Shown here in pieces: positions 18,488 to 25,956 of a DNA stretch of 64,000 bases. Below the pieces are notes generated by a model. It did not search any database. It was not told the origin of the DNA and saw only the letters and a list, made by a program, of their open reading frames with translations. The position numbers and the translations under genes are program-made. The stretch's first letter is position 1. Every line of letters begins with the position of its first letter. The stretch comes from a virus (lineage: Duplodnaviria; Caudoviricetes). The stretch lies in IMG/VR virus record IMGVR_UViG_3300028888_000049; one strand, 5' to 3'.

Positions 18488-19054
18488 ATGTTAGAAGTTA
18501 ATATTTCAGATGCTATAACAGTTAAGCTTTTAGATAATGCTCATAATATTATTGATAATAAGTATGTATTAACAGCTAAACAATATAAGTTATTATCTGT
18601 TGAACAAATTGATGAATTAACATTATTATTTAAAGTTCGTGATTATAATACTAATGAAATTATTATCTTTTCAACCGAAGATGATGACATATTACATCGT
18701 CATATAGGTTTAGAGCATATTACTAACACTAATTTACAAATGAGAGCTATTAAAAAGGATTGTAAAGCCGTTGCTTCTAAGTTATATAATATATTATGTA
18801 AAAATGGTTTAATTAAAAGTAATAATATAACTGTTGATATTACACATTATGGTGGAAAAACTTATCTTATAGAAATTAAAAATTTAAACAATTATTCGCC
18901 TTATTCATGTTGTCCATTTGGAGTTAAAAGACTTAAATTTATAAATGAAATTACACAATTTAATTTAGAATTATCTTCCAATAATAAAGTTTTATGTATG
19001 GATGCTCTTCAATTTAATACATTAAAAACAGTTTTAAATATCTTAGGAGCCTAA
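18488..19054 (+). CDS. C-terminal-motif family protein with two motif copies
   Basis: GAGGAGG RBS at ATG 18488; EQIDELTLLFKV internally and QFNTLKTVLNILG at the end. Confidence 0.8.
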   Translation: MLEVNISDAITVKLLDNAHNIIDNKYVLTAKQYKLLSVEQIDELTLLFKVRDYNTNEIIIFSTEDDDILHRHIGLEHITNTNLQMRAIKKDCKAVASKLYNILCKNGLIKSNNITVDITHYGGKTYLIEIKNLNNYSPYSCCPFGVKRLKFINEITQFNLELSSNNKVLCMDALQFNTLKTVLNILGA

Positions 19055-19055
19055 T

Positions 19056-19301
19056 ATGACAGAAGTAAGATCTATTGTTACTATTCCCTACGATATTAAT
19101 CCTAAAAAAGATATATATCCAAAAGGAATAGTAATAAAGAAAGGACAATATATTGTTAATGAGTGGGAATACGGTAAAAAAGTAAGTTCTAGTGATGCAT
19201 TAAATCTAACTAATAAAGATACTAACGAATGGACTTGTTTTCTACTATATCATCCAGATAAATATACTAAAGATTGGATTGTACATACTGAATACTTTTA
19301 A
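19056..19301 (+). CDS. hypothetical protein
   Basis: AGGAG RBS. Confidence 0.8.
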   Translation: MTEVRSIVTIPYDINPKKDIYPKGIVIKKGQYIVNEWEYGKKVSSSDALNLTNKDTNEWTCFLLYHPDKYTKDWIVHTEYF

Positions 19302-19316
19302 ACGAAGGAGAATATA

Positions 19317-19619
19317 ATGATGGAATTAAGACAATTATCATATTATCTTTCAGGTTTTTTAGGTAAAAAATTAAAGAAATCAAGTATACTTACAAGATAT
19401 TCTTTAGATAAACAATATATTATTATTAGTACTAGTAATAAAATAGTATATAGCCATATTTTAAAAGCAATAGAACAGTTAATAGAAGTTGTTCCAACAA
19501 GTAGAAGAAGTCCATTAGAAGGTATAATACCAGGTAATCATTATGAATGTCTTATTTCAACAAAAGATGCAGAAAAACTAATGACTATATTAATAATTGG
19601 AGGATACTATATTGGCTAA
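19317..19619 (+). CDS. C-terminal-motif family protein
   Basis: KDAEKLMTILIIGG. Confidence 0.8.
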   Translation: MMELRQLSYYLSGFLGKKLKKSSILTRYSLDKQYIIISTSNKIVYSHILKAIEQLIEVVPTSRRSPLEGIIPGNHYECLISTKDAEKLMTILIIGGYYIG

Positions 19620-19938
19620 ATTAAGATTATGTAGAAATATTATAAGGAAATTAAACAAGAAATTCCATGATCAAGGTCTATCTTTTAGAATAGGAAAATA
19701 TAGAAAAAATAATAACATTAAATTACTTATAACTTTTTATTATTTAAGATTTAAAGATTTAGACTTTATTTCAATTAAAAACTATATTAAAGACTTTGAT
19801 AATACAGACGATTTTAAGTATAATATATATGAAGATGATATAGCTCGAACTAAAACAATAGTAATATTTAGTAATGAAGTAATTTTAGAAAAACTTTTAG
19901 CTTGTATATTATTGTTTCATAATTGTGATAAAGAATGA
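19597..19938 (+). CDS. C-terminal-motif family protein (start uncertain)
   Basis: VILEKLLACILLF. Confidence 0.7.
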   Translation: MEDTILAKLRLCRNIIRKLNKKFHDQGLSFRIGKYRKNNNIKLLITFYYLRFKDLDFISIKNYIKDFDNTDDFKYNIYEDDIARTKTIVIFSNEVILEKLLACILLFHNCDKE

Positions 19939-20317
19939 ATAGATCACCGCATATTGTTTTAATCAGTCCGTAATTTATTAATTAAAAAATTAAAAATTTA
20001 TTTATTTTTGGTTTTTTAATTTAATAAATGTATGTTAATATTTAAAAATAAATGTAATATAGTAAGTAAGTTATTAATTAGATCATATAATATATAGAAT
20101 TATTAAAAAATTAAAGAAATAGGAATTATTTTTCCAAATAGTAATCATTTTTTTCTAAAAGATTATAGATTGACATAAAGGTACTTTTTTTGACCGTACA
20201 ACAACTTTACAAAAATAATATATGATTTATTATATTTTTTAATAATGTTGATTCTGGATTATTTTAGGAAGTTTTATGAAAGCTAAATATATAATTTATT
20301 AATGAGAGTTAAATAAG

Positions 20318-20638
20318 ATGACATATTCACAAATAAAACAATTATGTTCAAACTTAAGTAATGTATTATGTGCATATTTAGATGTAGAATGGGGAACAAT
20401 TACATTAAATACTTGTGTTCAATCTGATAATAAGATTGAATATAGTTTTGCAATATGTGGATATGGTAAGTATAAAATTAGTAATCTGTTTAAAACTTTA
20501 GAAAAATTCTTAGTACAATTAAATATAAAACACCATGCACCACATATAATGTTAAAACAAAATTTATGTTTTGTTCCTATAGACGTAGATCAACTTGATA
20601 AACTTATCATGTATTTTTCAATAGAAGGTTTATTATGA
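20318..20638 (+). CDS. C-terminal-motif family protein
   Basis: FLVQLNIKH...DQLDKLIMYFSIEG. Confidence 0.8.
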   Translation: MTYSQIKQLCSNLSNVLCAYLDVEWGTITLNTCVQSDNKIEYSFAICGYGKYKISNLFKTLEKFLVQLNIKHHAPHIMLKQNLCFVPIDVDQLDKLIMYFSIEGLL

Positions 20639-20919
20639 GTAAAGATTATGATACTTATCTTGAAGAAATCACAAGATTGCAAGAACTTTTAAAAGAAACT
20701 TTAAAAGCTAGACATAGTATTTTCTTCCATAAAACAAGTATATTAGCTTTTGATGAAGATGTAGAACCTTTAAAGCAATTTCTAACAGACTTAGGAATAG
20801 AATATAAAGAAACACAGAATGTTAAGATATCAGATACAGAGAAAGCAATAACTCTTGCAATGAATGAAAAAGAATATGAAAAACTTGTAGCATACTTTAA
20901 AATAAATGGAACCTATTAA
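20635..20919 (+). CDS. C-terminal-motif family protein
   Basis: FLTDLGIEY...KEYEKLVAYFKING. Confidence 0.8.
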   Translation: MSKDYDTYLEEITRLQELLKETLKARHSIFFHKTSILAFDEDVEPLKQFLTDLGIEYKETQNVKISDTEKAITLAMNEKEYEKLVAYFKINGTY

Positions 20920-20926
20920 AAATTGC

Positions 20927-20954
20927 TTTACATTTGAATTTTGTTTGATATAAT
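20927..20954 (+). promoter_or_regulatory. class 1 promoter
   Basis: TTTACA-N16-TATAAT. Confidence 0.7.
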
Positions 20955-20997
20955 TATATTATATTTTTTGAATAACTTAATTCTAGTTAAAATAAAA

Positions 20998-21172
20998 GAG
21001 ATACCTCCTTTCGAGGTCTTCTGGCATATAAGACCTAAGCGGTTATGATGCGTTACTAGAGCGTTAAAACAAATCTCACTTCTAAAATATTTTTTATCCG
21101 CAGACCAATTATTTTAGAAGATACGTAGTCAATCATAGCAATATGCCAATACTTTTTTAACGAAGGAGAGTA
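20998..21172 (+). ncRNA. putative structured RNA / 5' leader with anti-SD sequence
   Basis: No ORF, raised GC, nested complementary segments TGGCATAT/ATATGCCA, GTTATGAT/ATCATAGC, CTTCTAAAATA/TATTTTAGAAG, AGGTCTT/AAGACCT; ATACCTCCTTTCG anti-SD. Confidence 0.6.
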
Positions 21173-21175
21173 TGT

Positions 21176-21523
21176 ATGAAATTTTATTTTGAGGGTAATT
21201 ATCATAACAAAGTATATTATAACAATGAGTTGTATTCAAATAAAGATAATGGCCTTAAAGAAAAATTAAATGATTTATTCAAATGCTCTTATTTCAAATT
21301 TTTACTTTCAAATACATGTAATTATTCTATAACAATAGATAATAAACAATATTGTTTTATGTCTTATTTTATAGCATCAACGGCATATACAGCAACTTTA
21401 ATAGAAGAAAAACTTAAAGAAATTGGAATTGAATATTTTAAAACAGTTAATAATGAAATTTATTTAGATGAAAAACAATCAGAAAAGCTTTATATGTTTT
21501 TAGTTATTAATAAAATTATATAG
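21176..21523 (+). CDS. C-terminal-motif family protein
   Basis: KLKEIGIEY...KQSEKLYMFLVINK. Confidence 0.8.
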   Translation: MKFYFEGNYHNKVYYNNELYSNKDNGLKEKLNDLFKCSYFKFLLSNTCNYSITIDNKQYCFMSYFIASTAYTATLIEEKLKEIGIEYFKTVNNEIYLDEKQSEKLYMFLVINKII

Positions 21524-21532
21524 GAAAATATT

Positions 21533-21811
21533 ATGCTTAAATATAATCTTATACCAAAAATTCATACTGCAACAAAATTAATAAGTAGATGTATGAAGAT
21601 AAACCAAAATCATTTATTATTGTTTTCAGCAAGAGAATTAGGTTATATTACTATTAGATCTCTTTCTAAAATAGATATTATTTATATGAAGGATAAGTTT
21701 GAAGAAAAATATAACTTTAAAACAATTATAAAAGATGATTATAGTTTAATTATAAAAATTGAAGATATAAATAATCTATTTGCACTTTATAAAATAGAAG
21801 GATGGATTTAA
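21533..21811 (+). CDS. C-terminal-motif family protein
   Basis: EDINNLFALYKIEG. Confidence 0.8.
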   Translation: MLKYNLIPKIHTATKLISRCMKINQNHLLLFSARELGYITIRSLSKIDIIYMKDKFEEKYNFKTIIKDDYSLIIKIEDINNLFALYKIEGWI

Positions 21812-22125
21812 TGTCAGAATCAGATAATATAACACAAAATGATATGGAATTTGTAGATTTTAACAGATTTGCATTTATGTCTTATTGTATACATTCATTA
21901 AAAATCAGACATTGTTATACTACTTGCAAAAAGACTATGTTTGGAATAATCATTAAATTTTGTGATTTGAATATCTGTAAAATTTTTTTAGAATGGTTAG
22001 AAACTCATTATGGAATAGCCAAAGAGTATAAAAGTAAACCGAATAATTATAATAATGAAAAATATTCAGTTGAATTATCAAAACAAGATATAGAAAGAAT
22101 GAAATTTATTAAAGCTATTTATTAA
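21811..22125 (+). CDS. C-terminal-motif family protein
   Basis: WLETHYGI...QDIERMKFIKAIY; TAATG coupling. Confidence 0.8.
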   Translation: MSESDNITQNDMEFVDFNRFAFMSYCIHSLKIRHCYTTCKKTMFGIIIKFCDLNICKIFLEWLETHYGIAKEYKSKPNNYNNEKYSVELSKQDIERMKFIKAIY

Positions 22126-23437
22126 CCTTCTTTCCAATATCTTTATATTTAGAAACTAATTCTCTCTGTCTATTAATTTGTTTTTGAGTCTGTGCAAATC
22201 CCATATACTTACATAAGTGATCATTTTTAAGTATAGTAATGGCCATACGTTTCCAAGATGGTAATTCGGCTGTATGCATAATATCATCTGTACAATCTGG
22301 AGTACCTAAGAATATAACTTGTTGTTTCGGAGATATCTTATTAATTCTACCTAGATTACGTATTTTATATCCATGTTCTTCAAGTTCTTTAATTGTTTCA
22401 TCATCTAAGCATCCACCTTTCTTCCACCAAAATCTAATAGATACTTTAAACTTTTCAATATAGTTCTCTCTAATTGCATCAGGTAAAGTAGCAAGTAAAA
22501 ACTTAACGTAAGATCTCCAAGTATGTCCTTTTGGTAATGTAATACTTTTTGCACCTAATGCTTTTGTATCGCCATAAATCGCACCAAAATTAGCACCTTG
22601 TACACGTGATACTACTTTAATCCATGTCTGTGGCTCAATAACTCTATAAAGATTAAGACTTCCTTTTGCATACTCTTGATATGGACTAGCTACACGCATT
22701 TGATAAATACTTAATCCAGCTTTATAAAAAAGGTCATATAACTTATTATAAGGATAACCTTCTCTTGCATTAGCTATCCAAATATCTTCAGCACTCCAAT
22801 CATATATAGGATAACCGTGACAATAGTTTTCACCCTTCTTTGTAGTCCATTTATTATCACCAAAAGTTAATTTCTTTTGATTATTAACAGCTCTAAAACG
22901 ATTTAATGATTCATCAGTACGAATACCTAATAAACAAATAGTCTTACCAGGATGTGTTTTTGCATACCAATCTTCAAATCCTGCATAAAAATCTTCCTGA
23001 GACATTTTATATTCATAAAAATCAAATGGATGATTATATTGATTAATAACCCAAGGATAATTTGGCATAGGTCTAACCCACTGATCTTTTTTCTGATCAT
23101 CCCAAGGATACCAATACATTTGATAATTACTAACAGCACATCTTGATCCCATAGGAACACAACACCAATATGGTTCTATATCGTCAAGATTTTCAACAAA
23201 CATCTTTTCTACATACTTAGAAGTCTCTTCATATTGAGATTCGAAGTCTTGATGAAATACACCTATTTTCTTAGTAATACCATGTTTACGTTTATAGTCA
23301 AGAATAAGATTTAAAACCATTCCACTATCTTTACCACCAGAAAATGAAACGTATATATTATCAAAAGTATCAAATATATACTTAATACGTTCCTGTGTAG
23401 CATCCCAAACATTCTTACCAATATATCTCTTAGCCAT
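22115..23437 (-). CDS. ibrA: PAPS-reductase-family / DUF3440 protein (IbrA/YbdN-like)
   Basis: SFSGGKDS PP-loop, GIRTDESLNR, YPIYDW, C-terminal PSWKRM...KNDHLCK; adjacent to an IbrB-like gene. Confidence 0.9.
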   Translation of the reverse strand: MAKRYIGKNVWDATQERIKYIFDTFDNIYVSFSGGKDSGMVLNLILDYKRKHGITKKIGVFHQDFESQYEETSKYVEKMFVENLDDIEPYWCCVPMGSRCAVSNYQMYWYPWDDQKKDQWVRPMPNYPWVINQYNHPFDFYEYKMSQEDFYAGFEDWYAKTHPGKTICLLGIRTDESLNRFRAVNNQKKLTFGDNKWTTKKGENYCHGYPIYDWSAEDIWIANAREGYPYNKLYDLFYKAGLSIYQMRVASPYQEYAKGSLNLYRVIEPQTWIKVVSRVQGANFGAIYGDTKALGAKSITLPKGHTWRSYVKFLLATLPDAIRENYIEKFKVSIRFWWKKGGCLDDETIKELEEHGYKIRNLGRINKISPKQQVIFLGTPDCTDDIMHTAELPSWKRMAITILKNDHLCKYMGFAQTQKQINRQRELVSKYKDIGKKVNK

Positions 23438-23456
23438 AAATCTTATTCCTAAATCA

Positions 23457-23627
23457 TTATTGCAAAAAAGTACTAAAACTTATTCCCAAAGTAAAACCAC
23501 ATAATATAAAAATTATTACATATAAATTAAGATAATCACGTATATCTGCATTAATATGTTTTAAATATAAACTTATCATTAACGCAATCAAAGCTGACAT
23601 AAATCCAATCGTATTTAATAAAGTCAT
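23457..23627 (-). CDS. small two-TM membrane protein
   Basis: Two hydrophobic stretches; fills the gap between ibrB and ibrA. Confidence 0.55.
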   Translation of the reverse strand: MTLLNTIGFMSALIALMISLYLKHINADIRDYLNLYVIIFILCGFTLGISFSTFLQ

Positions 23628-23629
23628 TT

Positions 23630-24157
23630 TTAATCTACTTCCCAAGCTTCACTAAAATCTTTTTCTTTAAATAATGATGCTAAACCTGTAATTTGCTTTA
23701 ATCGCAATACTTCATCAGGACTCATACCAATATTTTTACAAATCCATGCATCACTCTTACCCATTTCAACTAACTCAGCAATAATATTACTCATTAAATC
23801 AACATTATGACTACCGCGTGCTCTATTATGACGAATAGTTGAAGCCATACGTTCTCCCAATTCTTTATCAATAGTAACTACCGGTAATAATCCATGCTCT
23901 CTCTCATAAATACGCTTACTAGTCTTCATTGTAGTATAACGGTGAAAACCATCTACAATAACATAACGGTCATTTTCTTTATCATAATAACATACAACTG
24001 GTTGTGTATATCCATCTTCCCATATACTTGTCTCTAATAACGCCATCTCAGGAGGAGCAACTTTATTAGGATTATATTCATTAGCATAAACTTTATCTAA
24101 AGGGACTGCTCTTACATTATATACAGGACTAAGAAATTTTTCATTTTCTTCAGACAT
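23630..24157 (-). CDS. ibrB: ParB/Srx-like protein (IbrB/YbdM-like)
   Basis: ANEYNPNKVAPPEM, IVDGFHR, STIRHNRARG; AAGGAG RBS before ATG 24157. Confidence 0.92.
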   Translation of the reverse strand: MSEENEKFLSPVYNVRAVPLDKVYANEYNPNKVAPPEMALLETSIWEDGYTQPVVCYYDKENDRYVIVDGFHRYTTMKTSKRIYEREHGLLPVVTIDKELGERMASTIRHNRARGSHNVDLMSNIIAELVEMGKSDAWICKNIGMSPDEVLRLKQITGLASLFKEKDFSEAWEVD

Positions 24158-24294
24158 AACAACTCCTTTTATCAATTAAACTTTAAATATATTATATATA
24201 AAGAACTGCTAAAGTAAAACAAAAAACATAAAGATTTTAAAGAATTTTTGACTTTACAAAATACATCATACAAAATATTATATATAAAAAGGAG

Positions 24295-24591
24295 ATGTTA
24301 ATGTACAATATTAAAAAATTCTATAGTATAGTCAATGAAGAATATGATATTGTTAAAATACAAATCTTTGTTGACAATATTAATGATGAAGGATATTGTA
24401 AAATACATGTTCTTAATAAACTAAATCCTGTAACTAGAATAACTAGTATTATGTCATTTATGGATTTGTTGAATAAACTTGAAATTAAAGATTATTCATG
24501 CAGTGTAGAGTCTAGTTTATCTCTACAAATAGATATAGATTCAGAAGAAGCAGAAAAATTATTTTTATATTTGAGGGTTTATTATGACTAA
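24295..24591 (+). CDS. C-terminal-motif family protein
   Basis: LLNKLEIKDY...EEAEKLFLYLRVY; class 1 promoter at 24253. Confidence 0.8.
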   Translation: MLMYNIKKFYSIVNEEYDIVKIQIFVDNINDEGYCKIHVLNKLNPVTRITSIMSFMDLLNKLEIKDYSCSVESSLSLQIDIDSEEAEKLFLYLRVYYD

Positions 24592-24889
24592 TTTAACAGA
24601 CATACTGACAGAGGTAGATAAAAAGTCATTTAATGAAGAATGGTTATCTATAAACAATATAACTAATATTTTTATTGTAGCTTCATATAATGTAGAAAAT
24701 GTTAATGCAATTTTAGCAGAATTAGAAATAAAACCTATTTTTATAGATGAAAATATAAAAGATCATTTAATTTATAATGAAGTAACTATACATATGATTA
24801 CATTTATATTCAATAGGATTTTATATAGCTTTTCAGAAGAAGACGCAGAAAAAATTAGAATGCTAATGAGGATATATGATAATGAATAA
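24584..24889 (+). CDS. C-terminal-motif family protein (paralog of next)
   Basis: YSFSEEDAEKIRMLMRIY. Confidence 0.8.
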   Translation: MTNLTDILTEVDKKSFNEEWLSINNITNIFIVASYNVENVNAILAELEIKPIFIDENIKDHLIYNEVTIHMITFIFNRILYSFSEEDAEKIRMLMRIYDNE

Positions 24890-25214
24890 CAATGCTGTAA
24901 TACATATGGACGGTAATTTAGCGGGTATGCTTCTAGAATTAAAAACGGAAATATTTAATCAAGAATGGTTATTTACTAATAATATAACTAACACTTTTGC
25001 TATAGCACCGTATAATGTAGAAACTGTCAATATGATTTTAACAGAATTAGAAATAAAACCCATTCTTATAGAAAAAAAGCCAGTAGATCATTTAATTTCT
25101 ACAACATTCTCTATACTTTTAACTACATTTCTATTTGGAAAGATTTTATATAGTTTTTCAGAAGAAGATGTAGAAAAACTTAGAATAATAATGAGGATAT
25201 ACAGCAATGAATAA
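24876..25214 (+). CDS. C-terminal-motif family protein (paralog of previous)
   Basis: YSFSEEDVEKLRIIMRIY. Confidence 0.8.
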   Translation: MIMNNNAVIHMDGNLAGMLLELKTEIFNQEWLFTNNITNTFAIAPYNVETVNMILTELEIKPILIEKKPVDHLISTTFSILLTTFLFGKILYSFSEEDVEKLRIIMRIYSNE

Positions 25215-25542
25215 TAATTGTGTAATACATATTAGCAGTAATCAAATAATACAAGGACAAAAACATTTTACAATACCTAGAAAAGTTGAAGTATATGAGA
25301 TATATTCTTATAGAATAACTATGAAAAAACCAGTATTTAAAACAAATGATTCTACAGATACTTTTGCAGATTGCTTTATACAAATAGCAGGTGATGAAAC
25401 TTTTCAAAAAATATGTCAAGATCTAAATATTCAATGGACAAAAAAAGCAATAAAATCTTACGCTACATTCTATAACTTTGATAAAGAAGATTACGAAAAA
25501 CTATACTTCTATATTAAAATCATCGGAGAACATATAGTATGA
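25207..25542 (+). CDS. C-terminal-motif family protein
   Basis: ICQDLNIQW...EDYEKLYFYIKIIG. Confidence 0.8.
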   Translation: MNNNCVIHISSNQIIQGQKHFTIPRKVEVYEIYSYRITMKKPVFKTNDSTDTFADCFIQIAGDETFQKICQDLNIQWTKKAIKSYATFYNFDKEDYEKLYFYIKIIGEHIV

Positions 25543-25862
25543 ATCAACTAAATTCAAAAGAAATAGATCCAATACGAATACTAAGAAATACACCAAGATT
25601 TACTAGATTTATACAGGATATACTAGGATTAAAATGTGAAGACAAAAATATATCAGACGATGCATTTATTATGAATGAAGGTTATAGACCAAAAGTATTA
25701 CATGCGCTTTTACAACTCGATATAACTCCAATCTTTATTGACAGACTTGATAATATATTCACAAATAAGTATTTAGAAGAAAGAGTATCGGCTTTTACTA
25801 TTATAGATATAACTGAAGAAGATCATAAAAAACTAAAACTACTTCTCAAAATTTATAAATAA
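25539..25862 (+). CDS. C-terminal-motif family protein
   Basis: LLQLDITPIFID...EDHKKLKLLLKIYK. Confidence 0.8.
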   Translation: MNQLNSKEIDPIRILRNTPRFTRFIQDILGLKCEDKNISDDAFIMNEGYRPKVLHALLQLDITPIFIDRLDNIFTNKYLEERVSAFTIIDITEEDHKKLKLLLKIYK

Positions 25863-25865
25863 AAA

Positions 25866-25901
25866 TATTCCCTCTATAACTTTTACATTACAAAGGGAAT
25901 A
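25866..25901. terminator. hairpin between convergent genes
   Basis: TATTCCCT...AGGGAATA. Confidence 0.55.
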
Positions 25902-25956
25902 GTTACTAAATGAAAGAAATAACTTATAACATAATAATATGACGGGCAAATAAAAC

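Noticed and set aside
20998-21080. HDV-like/theta ribozyme, twister ribozyme or retron msr-msd
   Set aside because: P2/P3-like pieces exist (GAGAT/ATCTC, ACC/GGT) but there is no upstream P1 partner; the twister core is incomplete; no RT is nearby.
22115-23437. Sulfate-assimilation cysH auxiliary metabolic gene
   Set aside because: Length, DUF3440-type C-terminus and pairing with an IbrB-like gene indicate the IbrA family, not CysH.
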